From assembly GCF_963921235.1 (NCBI RefSeq), contig NC_086109.1, forward strand, positions 20,214,001 to 20,278,000: DNA of 64,000 nt, given 5' to 3'. Below, one piece after another: positions 26,228-38,169 of the stretch (its first letter is position 1; each line of letters opens with the position of its first letter). The position numbers and the translations under genes were made by a program. The notes under the pieces were generated by a model. It ran no database searches. It saw only the letters and a program-made list of their open reading frames with translations, and was not told the origin of the DNA. This DNA is from Mobula hypostoma. Lineage: Eukaryota.

Positions 26228-27004
26228 ATAGGTGTGAGGTGGTTCATTTTGGTAGGTCAAATGTGATGGCAGAATATAGTATTAATGGTAAGACTCTTGG
26301 CAGTGTGGAGGATCAGAGGGATCTTGGGGTCCGAGTCCATAGGACACTCAAAGCAGCTGCGCAGGTTGACTCTGTGGTTAAGGAGGCATACGGTGTATTG
26401 GCCTTCATCAATCGTGGAATTGGATTTAGGAGCCGAGAGGTAATGTTGCAGCTATATAGGACCTGGTCAGGCCCCACTTGGAGTATTGTACTCAGTTCTG
26501 GTCGCCTCACTACAGGAAGGATGTGGAAACCATAGAAAGGGTGCAGAGGAGATTTACAACGATGTTGCCTGGATTGGGGAGCATGTCTTATGAGAATAGA
26601 TTGAGTGAACTCAGCCTTTTCTCCTTGGAGCAACGGATGATGAGAAGTGACCTGATAGAGGTGTATAAGATGATGAGAGGCATTGATCGTGTGGATAGTC
26701 AGAGGCTTTTTCCCAGGGCTGAAAATGGTTGCCACAGGAGGAAGCAGGTTTAAGGTGCTGGGGAGTAGGTACAGAGGAGATATCAGGGAGTGGTGAGTGC
26801 GTGGAATGGGCTGCCGGCAACGATGGTGGAGACGGATACGACAGGGTCTTTTAAGAGACTTTTGGATAGGTACATGGAGCTTACGAAAATAGAGGGCTAT
26901 GGGTAAGCCTTGTAATTTCTGAGGTAGGGACATGTTCGGCACAACTTTTTGGGCTGAAGGGCCTGTATTGTGCTGTAGGTGTTTTCTACGTTTTCTATAT
27001 TTTC
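26228..27004 (+). mobile_element. 5'-truncated CR1 fused to the tRNA copy
   Basis: Closely matches 59716-60503; TSD tatgtatg at 26135-26142 and 27005-27012 encloses both tRNA and CR1. Confidence 0.88.
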
Positions 27005-27135
27005 TATGTATGCAATGAAAAGCTTACTTGCAGCAGCATCAAAGCCACATAGAATCAGAAGCACAATAATCACGAGAAAAAACATAACTCAAACATAAAT
27101 TACATAAAACAATAGATGAAAAAAACACAATTAGA

Positions 27136-29084
27136 GGAAAAAAAGGTGAGTTTAAAGAGTTAGTACGAACCGAGGCTACAGGGGAGTGATATAACAGTTT
27201 AATCCAGGATATAAATTTCAGGCTAAAATTAAACATTTCAAGCACCTTAAATAAATAAGGCCATTCTACTCTATCAAAAGCTTTCTCGGCATCTAAAGAA
27301 ATAACACACTCAGGAACATTTTGTGAGGGAGTATGAACGATATTTAACAATGTACGAATATTATAAAAAGAGTAACGACCTTTAATAAAACCCGTTTGGT
27401 CTTCCGAAATAATAGAAGGAAGTACTTTTTCTAGTCTATTTGCTAATAACTTAGAAAAAACTTTAGAATCAACATTTAATAAAGATATTGGTCTATAAGA
27501 TGCACATTGAGCAGGGTCTTTATCCTTCTTTAGTATTAAAGAAATTGATGCTCTATTAAAAGATTCCGGAAGTTTACCAAGTTTCAAAGAAGCCTCAAAA
27601 ACCTTATAGAGCCAAGGAATCAATAAAGAAGCAAAACATTTATAAAATTCAACGGTAAACCCATCAGGGCCAGGAGCTTTCCCCAGATTCATAGAAAAAA
27701 TAACATTCTTAATCTCATCCATTGTAATGGAAGTATCTAATAAAGAAGACATATCCTGTGAAATCTGAGGAAAGTCTAACTTATCTAAAAAATCATTCAT
27801 ATATTTAGAATCTCGAGGAGACTCTGATTGATATAAAGAAGAATAAAAATCACAAAAGGTTTGATTAATCCCCACATGATCCAATATCAATCGATCATTT
27901 TGGTTATAAATCTGATTGATTTGAGATTTAACATAATTAGATTTCAATTGATTAGCCAACAGCTTGCCAATTTTATCACTGTGAACATAAAAATCACTTC
28001 TTGTTTTCTTTAATTGGTTTACAATCGAGGACGAGAGTAGTAAACTGTGTTCCATTTGAAGTTCAGTTCTTTGTTTGTATAGCTCCTCAGAAGGAGCCAT
28101 AACATATTTCTTATCAATTTCTTTAATCTTGTCCACAATTGCCATCTCCTCCTGCTTCTGTTTCTTCCTCAAAGCAACGGAATACGAAATAATCTGACCC
28201 CGAATGTAGGCTTTAAAAGTGTCCCAAAGAGTGTTAACCGAAATATCTTCTGTATGGTTAATTATAAAAAAAAGCTCAATCTGTTCATTCATAAAATTAA
28301 CAAAGTCCGAGTCCTGAAGCAACAGCGAATTAAAACGCCATTGTCTATTGTTTGGTATATTGGCCATAATTTTAATAGAAAGCTTAAGTGGAGCATGATC
28401 CGAAATGGTTATAGAATCATAATCACATTTAATCACTGAAGGAATGAGACGAGAATCAATAAAAAAATAATCAATTCTTGAATAGGAATGATGAACATGT
28501 GAAAAAAAGGAAAAATCTTTTTCCTGAGGATGCAGAAAACGCCAAATATCCGTCGACCCAGAATCAGAAAGGAAAAAATTAATCAAATTTGCAGATTTAT
28601 TAGGTAAAGTCCGTAAAGGAGCCGAACGGTCCAAAGCTGGAGATAAACAGGTATTAAGATCTCCGCCCCAAATCAATGAAAACTCGTTCAAATTCGGAAA
28701 CTGATCAAACAATGATTTATAAAATTCCGGACAATCCATATTAGGAGCATAAACATTAACCAAAACTACTTTTTTATTAAATAGTAAACCACGAACCAAT
28801 AAAAATCTACCATTCGGATCAGAGATAATATCCTGTTGTATAAAAGTAACTGAGGAATCTATAAAAATAGAGACGCCTCGAATCTTAGCATTGGAGTTCG
28901 AATGAAATTGTTGTCCCTTCCAGAATTTGAAAAAACGTAGTCTGTCCCCCCTCCGTACATGGGTCTCTTGTAAAAATAAAATTTGTGCTTTAAGTCTCCG
29001 GAACACTTTAAAAACTTTTTTTCTTTTAATAGGATGATTAAGACCATTAGTATTCCAGGAGACAAAATTAATAATAGACTCCAT
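27136..29084 (-). CDS. L1 ORF2p (APE endonuclease, Z domain, N-terminal RT); uninterrupted but 3'-truncated
   Basis: SWNTNGLN, LQETH, NVYAPN, GGDLN, SRIDYFF, SDHAP, KAPGPDG, YRPISLLN, LDAEKAFDRV; ends at SPFFPL before the QG and YADD motifs. Confidence 0.92.
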
Positions 29085-29807
29085 AAATCCTAAAGTCAAC
29101 CCACGACAAGGAGGATTGACAATAGGCGCGACCCACAAACCCGGAGAGGAAACAGAACATACAAAAGATACCGGGGAAAAGGACGCAACCAGTACTTCAA
29201 TAATGTATATAGCCCAAAGAAAAACAAACTAAAACGTGAAGCCCCTCCCGCCACCCCCCAGCCCAAGACCCCAAGGCAAGATCTAAAGCAGACCCGCCAG
29301 AAAGAAGCAAGCGCTAAAACTACCCCCATGACTTCCGGTATACGCTCCCTAAAAAAAGGTATAAATATGAAAAGGATCAGCTAATTGTAAAACAGTAAAA
29401 AAATAAGTAAAAAAAAGTTAGCTCAATTAGAATACACACAGAACAGAACAAAAGCCGGAAAATATATATTAAAAAAAAAACCACAATAAACCTCAAACTC
29501 ATGAATAGACACAGCAACAAAAAAAAATAGGATTATTAACATAAAGTGATTATAAAAAGCAAAACAGAATAAAATTTAAACAAAAACTACAAAATTTAAG
29601 GCCGCACAGGAAATACGTAAGATGACAAAAGGGAAGTAACCACCCAGAATCCCCTGGGAAAAGAAAGAAATGACGCAGTTAAAAAGAAAGTTTAGTAGCC
29701 ATATTAAGAAATCGAAAGTAAACTTTTCTGCCCAAATAGGGCACAGAAAAGTTAAAACCAACCAATTCACAGCCTCCGATCGACGGAGAAAATTAAAAAG
29801 AAAGCAA

Positions 29808-30707
29808 TTAAGATGTTGGAGATGAAAGTTGATCCAGATAACTCTGGGCATCCGATGGAGAATCAAAAAAACGAAGGGCTCCATCTGACATGCGAATCCT
29901 TAGACGTGCAGGGTACAGCAGCGCTGGTCTTAAATCCATCTTATAGAATTCCGACATCACGGATCTGTAACGGACCCGTTGGTCCCAGATTGGTTTACTG
30001 AAATCTTCCACGAATCGGAACTTAAGATCCGAAAAATCAATGAAACCTTTAGATCGAGCGAATCGAAACAGTCTCTCCTTGTCTTGAAAGTAATGAAAAC
30101 GTAAGATAACATGCCTAGGTCTATCTGACCTAGACGAGTATGATGGGATTCTGTGAACACGATCCAGTAGCGGTGGTTGGTCAGGAAATACAGTAGGGAA
30201 TGCATCTTTTAAAAGTTGGGAGAAATATTTCATGGGGTTGTTACCTTCAGCGGCTTCCCTCACGCCAATCATTCGTAAATTCTGCCGTCGCATTCTAGAT
30301 TCCAAGTCAGAGTTTTTAAAAGTCAAAAAGTCAAGTTTCTTCTTCATTACATTAATTGTTTCTTCGATTTTCCCCATCTTAAGCTCACTTTGTTGCGCGA
30401 ATTTTTGAAGATCAGATATAGCCGACTGATGTTCCGCAATACATGTTTGCATCTTATCAATTAAATCGGCAATTTTCTGGAAATTAGTTGAGATTTCCGT
30501 ATGAATCAGGTCTTTAACAGGGCCTGCAATTTCCGTATGAATCATCTCCCTAACAGAGGTTGAGATTTCCCTCTGAATTAACTCCGATATCGCTTTCAAA
30601 GTCACCGGTGATTCAGTCGGAGGGAGATCCGTAGCTTTCGGTTTAACCGGAGGTTTACCATCCTTGCCGTTTTTCCCGTTCTTAGACATAGCAGATCTAA
30701 GTATCAT
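29808..30707 (-). CDS. L1 ORF1p (coiled coil, RRM, CTD), intact
   Basis: DLESRMRRQNLRMIGVRE, LDRVHRI, RPRHVILRF, LLYPARLRI. Confidence 0.92.
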   Translation of the reverse strand: MILRSAMSKNGKNGKDGKPPVKPKATDLPPTESPVTLKAISELIQREISTSVREMIHTEIAGPVKDLIHTEISTNFQKIADLIDKMQTCIAEHQSAISDLQKFAQQSELKMGKIEETINVMKKKLDFLTFKNSDLESRMRRQNLRMIGVREAAEGNNPMKYFSQLLKDAFPTVFPDQPPLLDRVHRIPSYSSRSDRPRHVILRFHYFQDKERLFRFARSKGFIDFSDLKFRFVEDFSKPIWDQRVRYRSVMSEFYKMDLRPALLYPARLRIRMSDGALRFFDSPSDAQSYLDQLSSPTS

Positions 30708-31514
30708 CCAATTGTCGGAGAATTCAGTTTAATTCAAAGTATTGTAAGAGTTGATGCCTTAATGGTTAATTAAAGTATAGCTGACCATAGAGAAAAAAAA
30801 CTCAGAGGTAATGGAGCGAGTCAAGAACGCGACTTCACTCCATGAGCGCTACCGGAAGTCTTCCGGAAAAAAAAAAACAATTAGAATAAAAATAAACAAA
30901 CTTTGTCATACAAAGTGGTCAAGGTGGCCGTAGTCTTGCTATACTAGGTATTGATTAGGACGGTTCAAAGTTCAGAGTCAAAGTTCAAAGTTCAAAGTAA
31001 ATTTTATTAATCAGAGAAGAATATATGTCACCACATACAACTCTGAGAATCATTTCTCTGAGGGCATGCTTAGCAAATATAGCTTAGTAGCTGTAACAGG
31101 ATCAATGAAAGATCAACCAGAAGAGAACAAATTGTGCTGATGCAAATATAAATAAATAGCAACAAATAACAAGAACATGAAATAACATGTTCTTAAAGTG
31201 AGATCAGTGGTTGTGGGAACATCTCAATAGATGAGTGTAGTTATCCCCTATTGTTCAAGAGACTGATGGTTGACGGGTAGTGACTGTTCCTGAACCTGGT
31301 GGTATGAGTCCTGGGGCTCTTGTACCTTCTACCTGATGGCAGCAGTGGGAAAAGAGCAAGGCCTGGGTGGTGAAGATCTCTGATGATGGATGCTGCTTTC
31401 CTACGACTGAATTTCAAGTGTAGATGTACTCAGTGGTTGGAAGGGCTTTACGTGTGATGTACTGGGCTGACTCCACTATCTTTTGTAGGATTTTCCATTC
31501 AAAGGTCTTGGTTC

Positions 31515-33997
31515 ATGATCGTCTGATCACTGCAGGGGATTTCAACCAGGTCGGCATGAAGAAGTCTTTGAGCAACTACCACCAACACATCGTTTGTGGA
31601 ACCAGAAGAACCAGCACACTTGACCTCTGTTATAGCACCATCAACACCTGCACTTTGGAAAGTCCGATCACCTGACTCTGGTGTATAGGCAGAGACTTAA
31701 AACCACAGCACCAGTGGTGAGGACCAAGAAGGGATAGGCAAGGGACGCAGAGGAGCGCTTACAGGACTGCGTTGAGTCCGTGGACTGGACAGTATTCAGG
31801 GACTCATCTTTGAATCTGAATGAATATGCCATAGTTGTCATTGACTTTATCAAGACCTGTGGGTCTGACTGTGTGCCTTTGACAGCCGCAAACCAAAAGC
31901 CGTGGATGAACCAAGAAATTCATAGACTGCTGAGGGCCAGATCTGTAGCATTCAAGGCCAGTGATCCAGTACTATACAAGAAGTCCAGGTCTGACTTTCG
32001 GAAGGTTATTTTAAGTGCAAAAAAAAAATTCCGCTTGAAGTCGGAGATGGAGCTGGATGCACGTCAGCTCTGGCGGGGTTTGCAGGCCATTACTTCCTAT
32101 AAAGCAAAATCTAACATCATGATTGGCTATGATGCTTCACTCCCAGACTCCCAATTGAACTGAACACCTTTTATGCACGCTTTGAAAGGGAGAATAAAAC
32201 GACACCTGTGCGAATCCCTGCAGCATCTGGTGACCCTGTGACCTCTGTGTCGGAGGCCAACATCAGAACGCCTTTCACGAGGGTGAACCCTTGCAAGGTG
32301 TTGGGTGCTGATGCTGTAGCTGGTAGGGCACTGAAAACCTGTACCAACCAACCAGTGGAAGTGTTGGAGGACATCTTCTACCTGTCGCTGCAGCAATCGG
32401 AGGCTCCCAACTGCTTCAAAAGGGCAACAATCATACCAGTGCCCATGAAGAGCATGGTGAGCTGCCTCAATGAATATCACCCAGTGGCCCTCACATATAC
32501 TGTGATGAAGTGCTTTGAGAGGTTAGTCATGGCCAGAATCAACTTCTGCCTAAGCAAGGACCTGTGACCCACTGCAAATTGCCTTTCACCACAATAGGTC
32601 TACAGCAGATACAATCTTATTGGTTTTTCACTCGGCCTTGGATCACCTGGACAATAGCAATATCTACCTCAGGAAAACAACAGGAATTCTGCAGATGCTG
32701 GAAATTCAAGCAACACACATCTAAGTTGCTGGTGAACGCAGCAGGCCAGGCAGCATCTCTAGGAAGACGTGCAGTCGACCCTGGTCTCGGCCTGAAACGT
32801 CGACTGCACGTCTTCCTAGAGATGCTGCCTGGCCTGCTGCGTTCACCAGCAACTTTGATGTATCTACCTCAGGCTGCTCTTTATTGATGACATCTCAGCA
32901 TTCAATACAATTACACCCTCAGTTCTAATCAACAAGCTCCAAAACCTGAGCCTCTGCAGCTGGCTTCTTGAGTTCCTCAACAGGAGACCTCAGTCAATGC
33001 AGATCAGAAGTAACCTCTCCTCCTTGCTGACAATCAACACCAGTGCACCTCAAGATGCATGATTAGCTCACTACTTTATTCTCTCTACAGCCACAACTGT
33101 GTGGCCAGGAACAGCTCAAACACCATCTTTAAGTTTGCTGATGACACAACTAATGTCGGCAGAATTTCAGGTGATGACAAGGGGGTGTACAGGAGCAAGA
33201 TAGATCTGCTGGCTGAGTGGCATCACAACAACAACCTTGCACTCGACGTCAGTAAGATCAAGGAATTGTTTGTGGACGTCAAGAAGGAGAAGTCGGGGGA
33301 AACACGCACCAGTCCTCGTCGAGGGATCAGCAGTGGAAATGATGAGCAGTTTCAAGTTCTTGGCGTCAGCATCTCTGAAGAACTCACCTGGGACCAGCAT
33401 ATTGACGCAATTACAAAGAAGGCACAACAGCAGCTATATTTCATTAGGAGTTTGAAGAGACTTGGTATGTCACCAAGGATTCCAGCAAGTTTATACAGCT
33501 ATACCGTGGAGAGCATTCTAACCATTTGCTTCACCACCTGGTGTGGAGGGCCAATGCAGAGGATTGGAAAAAGCTGCAGAAAGTTGTAAACTCAGCCAGA
33601 TCCATCAATGGCACGAGCCAGCATTGAGGACCCCTTCAAAAGTCAATGCCTCAGGAAGGCTGCATCCATAATTAAGCACCCCCATCACCCAGGACATGCC
33701 CTCTTCTCATTGATACCAGCAAGGGGGAGATACAGGAGCCTGAAGACACAGACTCTACATTTCAGGGGCAGTTTCTTCGCCTCCACCATCAGCTTTCTGA
33801 ATGGACAACAAACCCATAAATACAACTTCACTATTTTTTATTTTGCTCTCTTTTTGCAGTACTTACTTAATTCAATTTTATATATATTTCTTATTGTAGT
33901 TTGTAGCTTTAAAAATAATATTATGTATTACTATGTACTGCTGCCTCAAAACAACAGATGTCATGACATATGCCAATGGTATTAAACCTGATTCTGA
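31515..33997 (+). mobile_element. Decayed Rex1/Babar-like LINE (EN and RT) with a nested palindromic Penelope insert
   Basis: AGDFNQ, NQKPWMN, YHPVALT, FADDT motifs with frameshifts; (gattct)n tail. Confidence 0.88.
32674..32860. mobile_element. Palindromic Penelope-terminus insertion with 62-bp arms
   Basis: Arms 32718-32779 and 32799-32860 (one mismatch); perfect 13-bp TSD tatctacctcagg at 32661-32673 and 32861-32873. Confidence 0.9.
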
Positions 33998-35913
33998 ATA
34001 GGTGAAGGGAAGTAGCTGTTCCTGAACCTGGTGATGTGGGACTTCAGGCTTCTGTATCTCCTGCAGGATGATAGCTGCATGATTTATCCGTAGTGACAAT
34101 GAGGAAAATCTATTTCCAAATCAGCTGCTTTGGTCTGTGTGGTAGATCCAAAATAATATACCAAAGTTGATAGAACTGTCAAATACCCCAGAAAATACAT
34201 GAAAAATACAGAATCATGCAGCACATTTGGAGAGAAAAAGATCATAGCTGTGGAACTTTAACTTAGTTTCTGTTCCCTACCAATGCTGGGTGATGTGCTG
34301 GACTCCTCTGGCATTTTCTGTTTCTAATACCCCAAACTGGTGGTGTTCCAGCTTTGATTATGGGCGGAAATGAACGGAGTAACACTTGAACCTAGAGCCT
34401 CCTAACGCAGGAGAAGAGAGTTTTTCCCGCTGAACCATGTCCGACATATATCATTCAGCAAATGAATCTTCCTGTGTTTCCTTAACTCTTCTCTGTGCCT
34501 TTATTTTCCCTGAACTGCTGAGAACATGTCAGTCATGGGTGATAGCAGGGGTTGGCTCCATAAACTGGTTGGTAGAGGCACCAGGCTTCCTCTCCAGCCG
34601 ATAAATACTGCTATGTCTCCCAGCTGCGTTATCATCTTCACACAGCTTCAGAGAGCAACTCCAGCTGAGTATTCAGCTGTCTGCAAAGCCTGCGCTTATC
34701 TCTCTCGTTGTTAGATAGCTAATGTTATTAAAATTTCATTGGTATCTATTAAAGGAGAGGTGTGGTCTTGGTCTGTTGGAAAGGGTATCAAGATTCACAG
34801 ATCTGGTCTCACATTTGATTTTCCACTCCTTATCCTCATCAGTCTCCTCTTCACCTACAGGATGTCATCTGTCTGCATGCCCAACAGCTCTGAGGACCCT
34901 CTCCGATGTGTCTGCTACTCATTCATTCCAGATCTTCATAAACACAAGAGATTCTGTGGATGCTGGAAATCCAGAGTATCACACACACGCACTACTGGAG
35001 GAACTTAGCAAGTCAGGCAGCATCTGTGGAAAGGAAAAAACAGTCGACCTTTCGGTCCGAAACCTGATGACGTTTGACTGTTTATTCCTTTCCATAGATG
35101 CTGCCTGACCTGCTAAGTTCGCTCCAGCGCTTTCCTGGCTGCCTTCTAACTATCTTCCCTCAATGAATATAAGTTAGCCAAAACTTTTCCGAGTCATGTG
35201 CTCATATCGTAACTCACCTATCACTCTGTGTTCGGTGGCCTACCCTGGCAGCTGCTCTGAAAATGGTTCAATATTTAAATTCTCTGCCTCGTGTTCAATT
35301 CCCTTCATCGTCTTGCACTTCCCTGACTTCCTTCACTCCCAGAATCATTTGTGTCCTTAAACTCCTCCTCTATTTGGATCCCTGGTTTCCACGCCTTCAA
35401 ATATCTTGGGCCGTAATGCAAGGTTTTGAACTGATACGTCAACGGTTCCTTTCCCCCTGCTCAACCCGCTGAGTTCCTTTGGCAGATTGCTTGTTCAGGT
35501 TCAGATTCAGATTCACTAATTTATGTGAAATGAGACATTTGTGTTAACTTGCAGCCCGCAAGTTTCGCCACACATTCCGGTTCCAAAGCAGCATGCTCAC
35601 AGTGCTCAGCAGAACAACACAGAACACAACCAGCAACAAAACAACAGCAGCAAAGCAAGCCCCTTTCCTCCCTCCCATCCACGTGCATGGACAGTCCTCC
35701 AACCCCAGCAGTGTCCTCCAAGTTTCCAGTCTCCTTCTCCAGCCTTCAGCCATTGGGCTTTGACTTCCAGAGTTCAGATCGACTTTTGGGCTTCGATCTT
35801 TGGTATTGAGCCCCGGACCTGCAAAGTCAGGACCCCGAAATCCAAGCTCGAGTTTTGGGCTCACCAACTCACTGGTCCTTGTGCCTCCTGCTTGTACAGA
35901 CATCCTACCACTC

Positions 35914-36009
35914 ATCACTGTACTGATCACTGTACTGATCACTGTATTGATCACTGTATTGATCACTGTACTGATCACTGTATTGATCACTGTATTGATC
36001 GCTGTATTT
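35914..36009. repeat. 12-bp tandem repeat atcactgta(c/t)tg, about 8 copies
   Basis: Directly follows a minus-strand AATAAA at a retroposon end, consistent with a tail expansion. Confidence 0.85.
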
Positions 36010-36104
36010 ATTGTTACCATATACGCTGTTTACAGGGTGAGCTTCATGTGAGCAAGGAATTTCATTGCACACTGGTGTGTCTGACAGCAAACATATAATG
36101 TGAT

Positions 36105-36675
36105 CGTGTGTGTGTCTGTGTGTGTGTGTGTGAATATGTGTGAGTGTGTGAATTGTGTGTATGTATGTGTGTGTGCGCATGCGTGTGTGTGTATGTGCAT
36201 CTGTGTGTGTATGTGTGCATGTGTGTGAGTGTGTATGTGTGCATGTGTGTGAGTGTGTATGTGTGTGAGTGTGTATATGTGTGTGAGTGTGTGTATGTGT
36301 GTGAGTGTGTGAGTGTGTGTCTGTGTGTGAGTGTGTGTGAGTGTGTGTGTGTGTGAGAGTGTGTGTGTGAGTGTGTGTGTGTGAGTGTATGTGTGTGAGT
36401 GTGTGTGTGTGTGAGTGTGTGTGTGAGTGTGTGTGAGTGTGTGTGAGTGAGTGTGTGTGTGTGTGAGTGTGTGTGTGAGTGTGTGTGAGTGAGTGTGTGT
36501 GAGTGAGTGTGTGTGTGTGTGAGAGAGTGTGTGTGTGTGTGAGTGTGAGTGTGTGAGTGAGTGTGTGTGTGTGTGAGAGAGTGTGTGTGTGTGTGAGTGT
36601 GAGTGTGTGTGTGAGTGTGTGTGTGAGTGTGTATATGTGTGTGAGTGTGTGTGTGAGTGTGTGTGTGTGTGTGTG
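36105..36675. repeat. Compound (TG)n/(TGAG)n microsatellite; others at 37188-37242 and 48135-48275
   Basis: Directly visible. Confidence 0.97.
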
Positions 36676-37185
36676 GGTATATTTATGTATTTCGAGATAC
36701 AGCATGGAACAGACCCGCCCAGCAACCCACTTAGTTTAAAATAGCCTAATCACTGAATAATTTACGATGACCGATTAACCTAACAGGTACATCTTTAGAC
36801 CAAGGGAGGAAACCCATGGGTTCATGGGGAGAACATACAAACTCCTTACAGATAGCACTGGAATTGAACTCTGAACTGCCCCAAGCTGTAATAGCATCGT
36901 GCTAACCACTGCGCTACCATGGTGCCCTCGTTATCCTCGATCTATTGAATGCCTCGGGATTCTCTTAAAGCCTATTTGCCAAGGACATTTCATGGCAACT
37001 CCTGGCTATCTCAATACCTTCCACTTTTTTTCTTGCCTTAAGCAGTTTTAAATTTATTAAATTATCCAATAGTAAAATTACCAACTCAGTCAAGGATGTC
37101 TGAAGACTTGGTGACATGAGTTAATTATGTCCATCGCCCCTACTGGGGCACAAGGACAGGCCCAAGACTGGCTGCAAAAGGAGGG

Positions 37186-37245
<60 letters not shown>

Positions 37246-38169
37246 CTTAAGTGTTGTGAGTCATGATGGCCCAGCAGTCTGTTTCTGTGTTGTATATCTC
37301 TATAATTCTAAGCCTCCTTGATTTTGTCCTGAAGCCATTAGTGTGGGAGTTGAATCCACCTCCTTCAGAATCAGAGGGGATAATGCCGTTGCTGTACCAC
37401 GCTGACAATTGAAGCTGTATAGTTTTGTCCGAATAATGGCCTGCCACACAGGCAGTCATTTTCTTCACTGCAATATCGTTGGGGCAGTGGGAGGACAGGA
37501 GGAAAAATGCTTCATCTCCTCTATGAAGTAGTCTCCCTTTGTAAGATCAATTGTGTGGTGTCTTAAATTTATAAGCACTCTGTAACATTATAGTGGGAAA
37601 TGGCAAGCTGATTTAAAATTCCTGCATTGGCCTCTTAAAGACACACAGGCAACAGAAAGAGGAATAATAGAACAGTCTCTTTCAGACTCGTTATAGCCTA
37701 CTCGTTCATAAAGTAACAGCAGACTCTGTTGCAATTTGTGTATTTTCTGCAAATATACACTTCATGTATTTATGAGCAGCAGTCAGCTTTGAATTCCTGG
37801 GCAACTTGCCCTTGTACGTTGATACAATTGCAAGGAAGGTGAATCAGTGTCTTTGCTTTCTTAGTAAATGAAGGAGGTTCAGCAAACACTCTTAACAAAC
37901 CTCCACAAACCTGATGGGCCGATTGGCCTAATTCTGCTCCTACGCCTATGCCTTGAGGTCTTCTGTTGAAAGTATCCTTACCGGTTGCACCTTGGTCAGG
38001 GACAGCAATTCAAATGCTCAGGACCATAAGAAGCTGCAGAGAGTAGTGAACTCAGCCCAGTCCACTATGGTACAGCCTGCTCTACCATTGGTAGTAGGTA
38101 TCTACAGTAGGCACTTCCTTGAGAAAGCAACATCTATCATGAACTTATCCCTGCAAGAAGCTGAAGAGC

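Larger units (their letters stand above)
27136..30866 (-). mobile_element. Young L1: 5' UTR, ORF1, about 720-bp spacer, ORF2 truncated within RT
   Basis: 5' end GACTTCCGGTAGCGCTCATGG; 17-bp TSD at 27119-27135 and 30869-30885 (one mismatch). Confidence 0.93.

Noticed and set aside
27039..27135. C-terminal extension of the 699-aa ORF, and its upstream GTG start
   Set aside because: The extension is read-through into flanking DNA past the TSD. True ORF2 spans ATG 29084 to about 27136.
35914..36009. 12-bp repeat as a CRISPR-like array or coding repeat
   Set aside because: There are no spacers, the context is eukaryotic, and it directly follows a retroposon polyadenylation signal.
35905..36739. 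His/Thr-rich and Cys/Val-rich ORFs of up to 266 aa
   Set aside because: They are translations of the (TG)n microsatellite; the same applies to 37127-37321 and 48128-48377.
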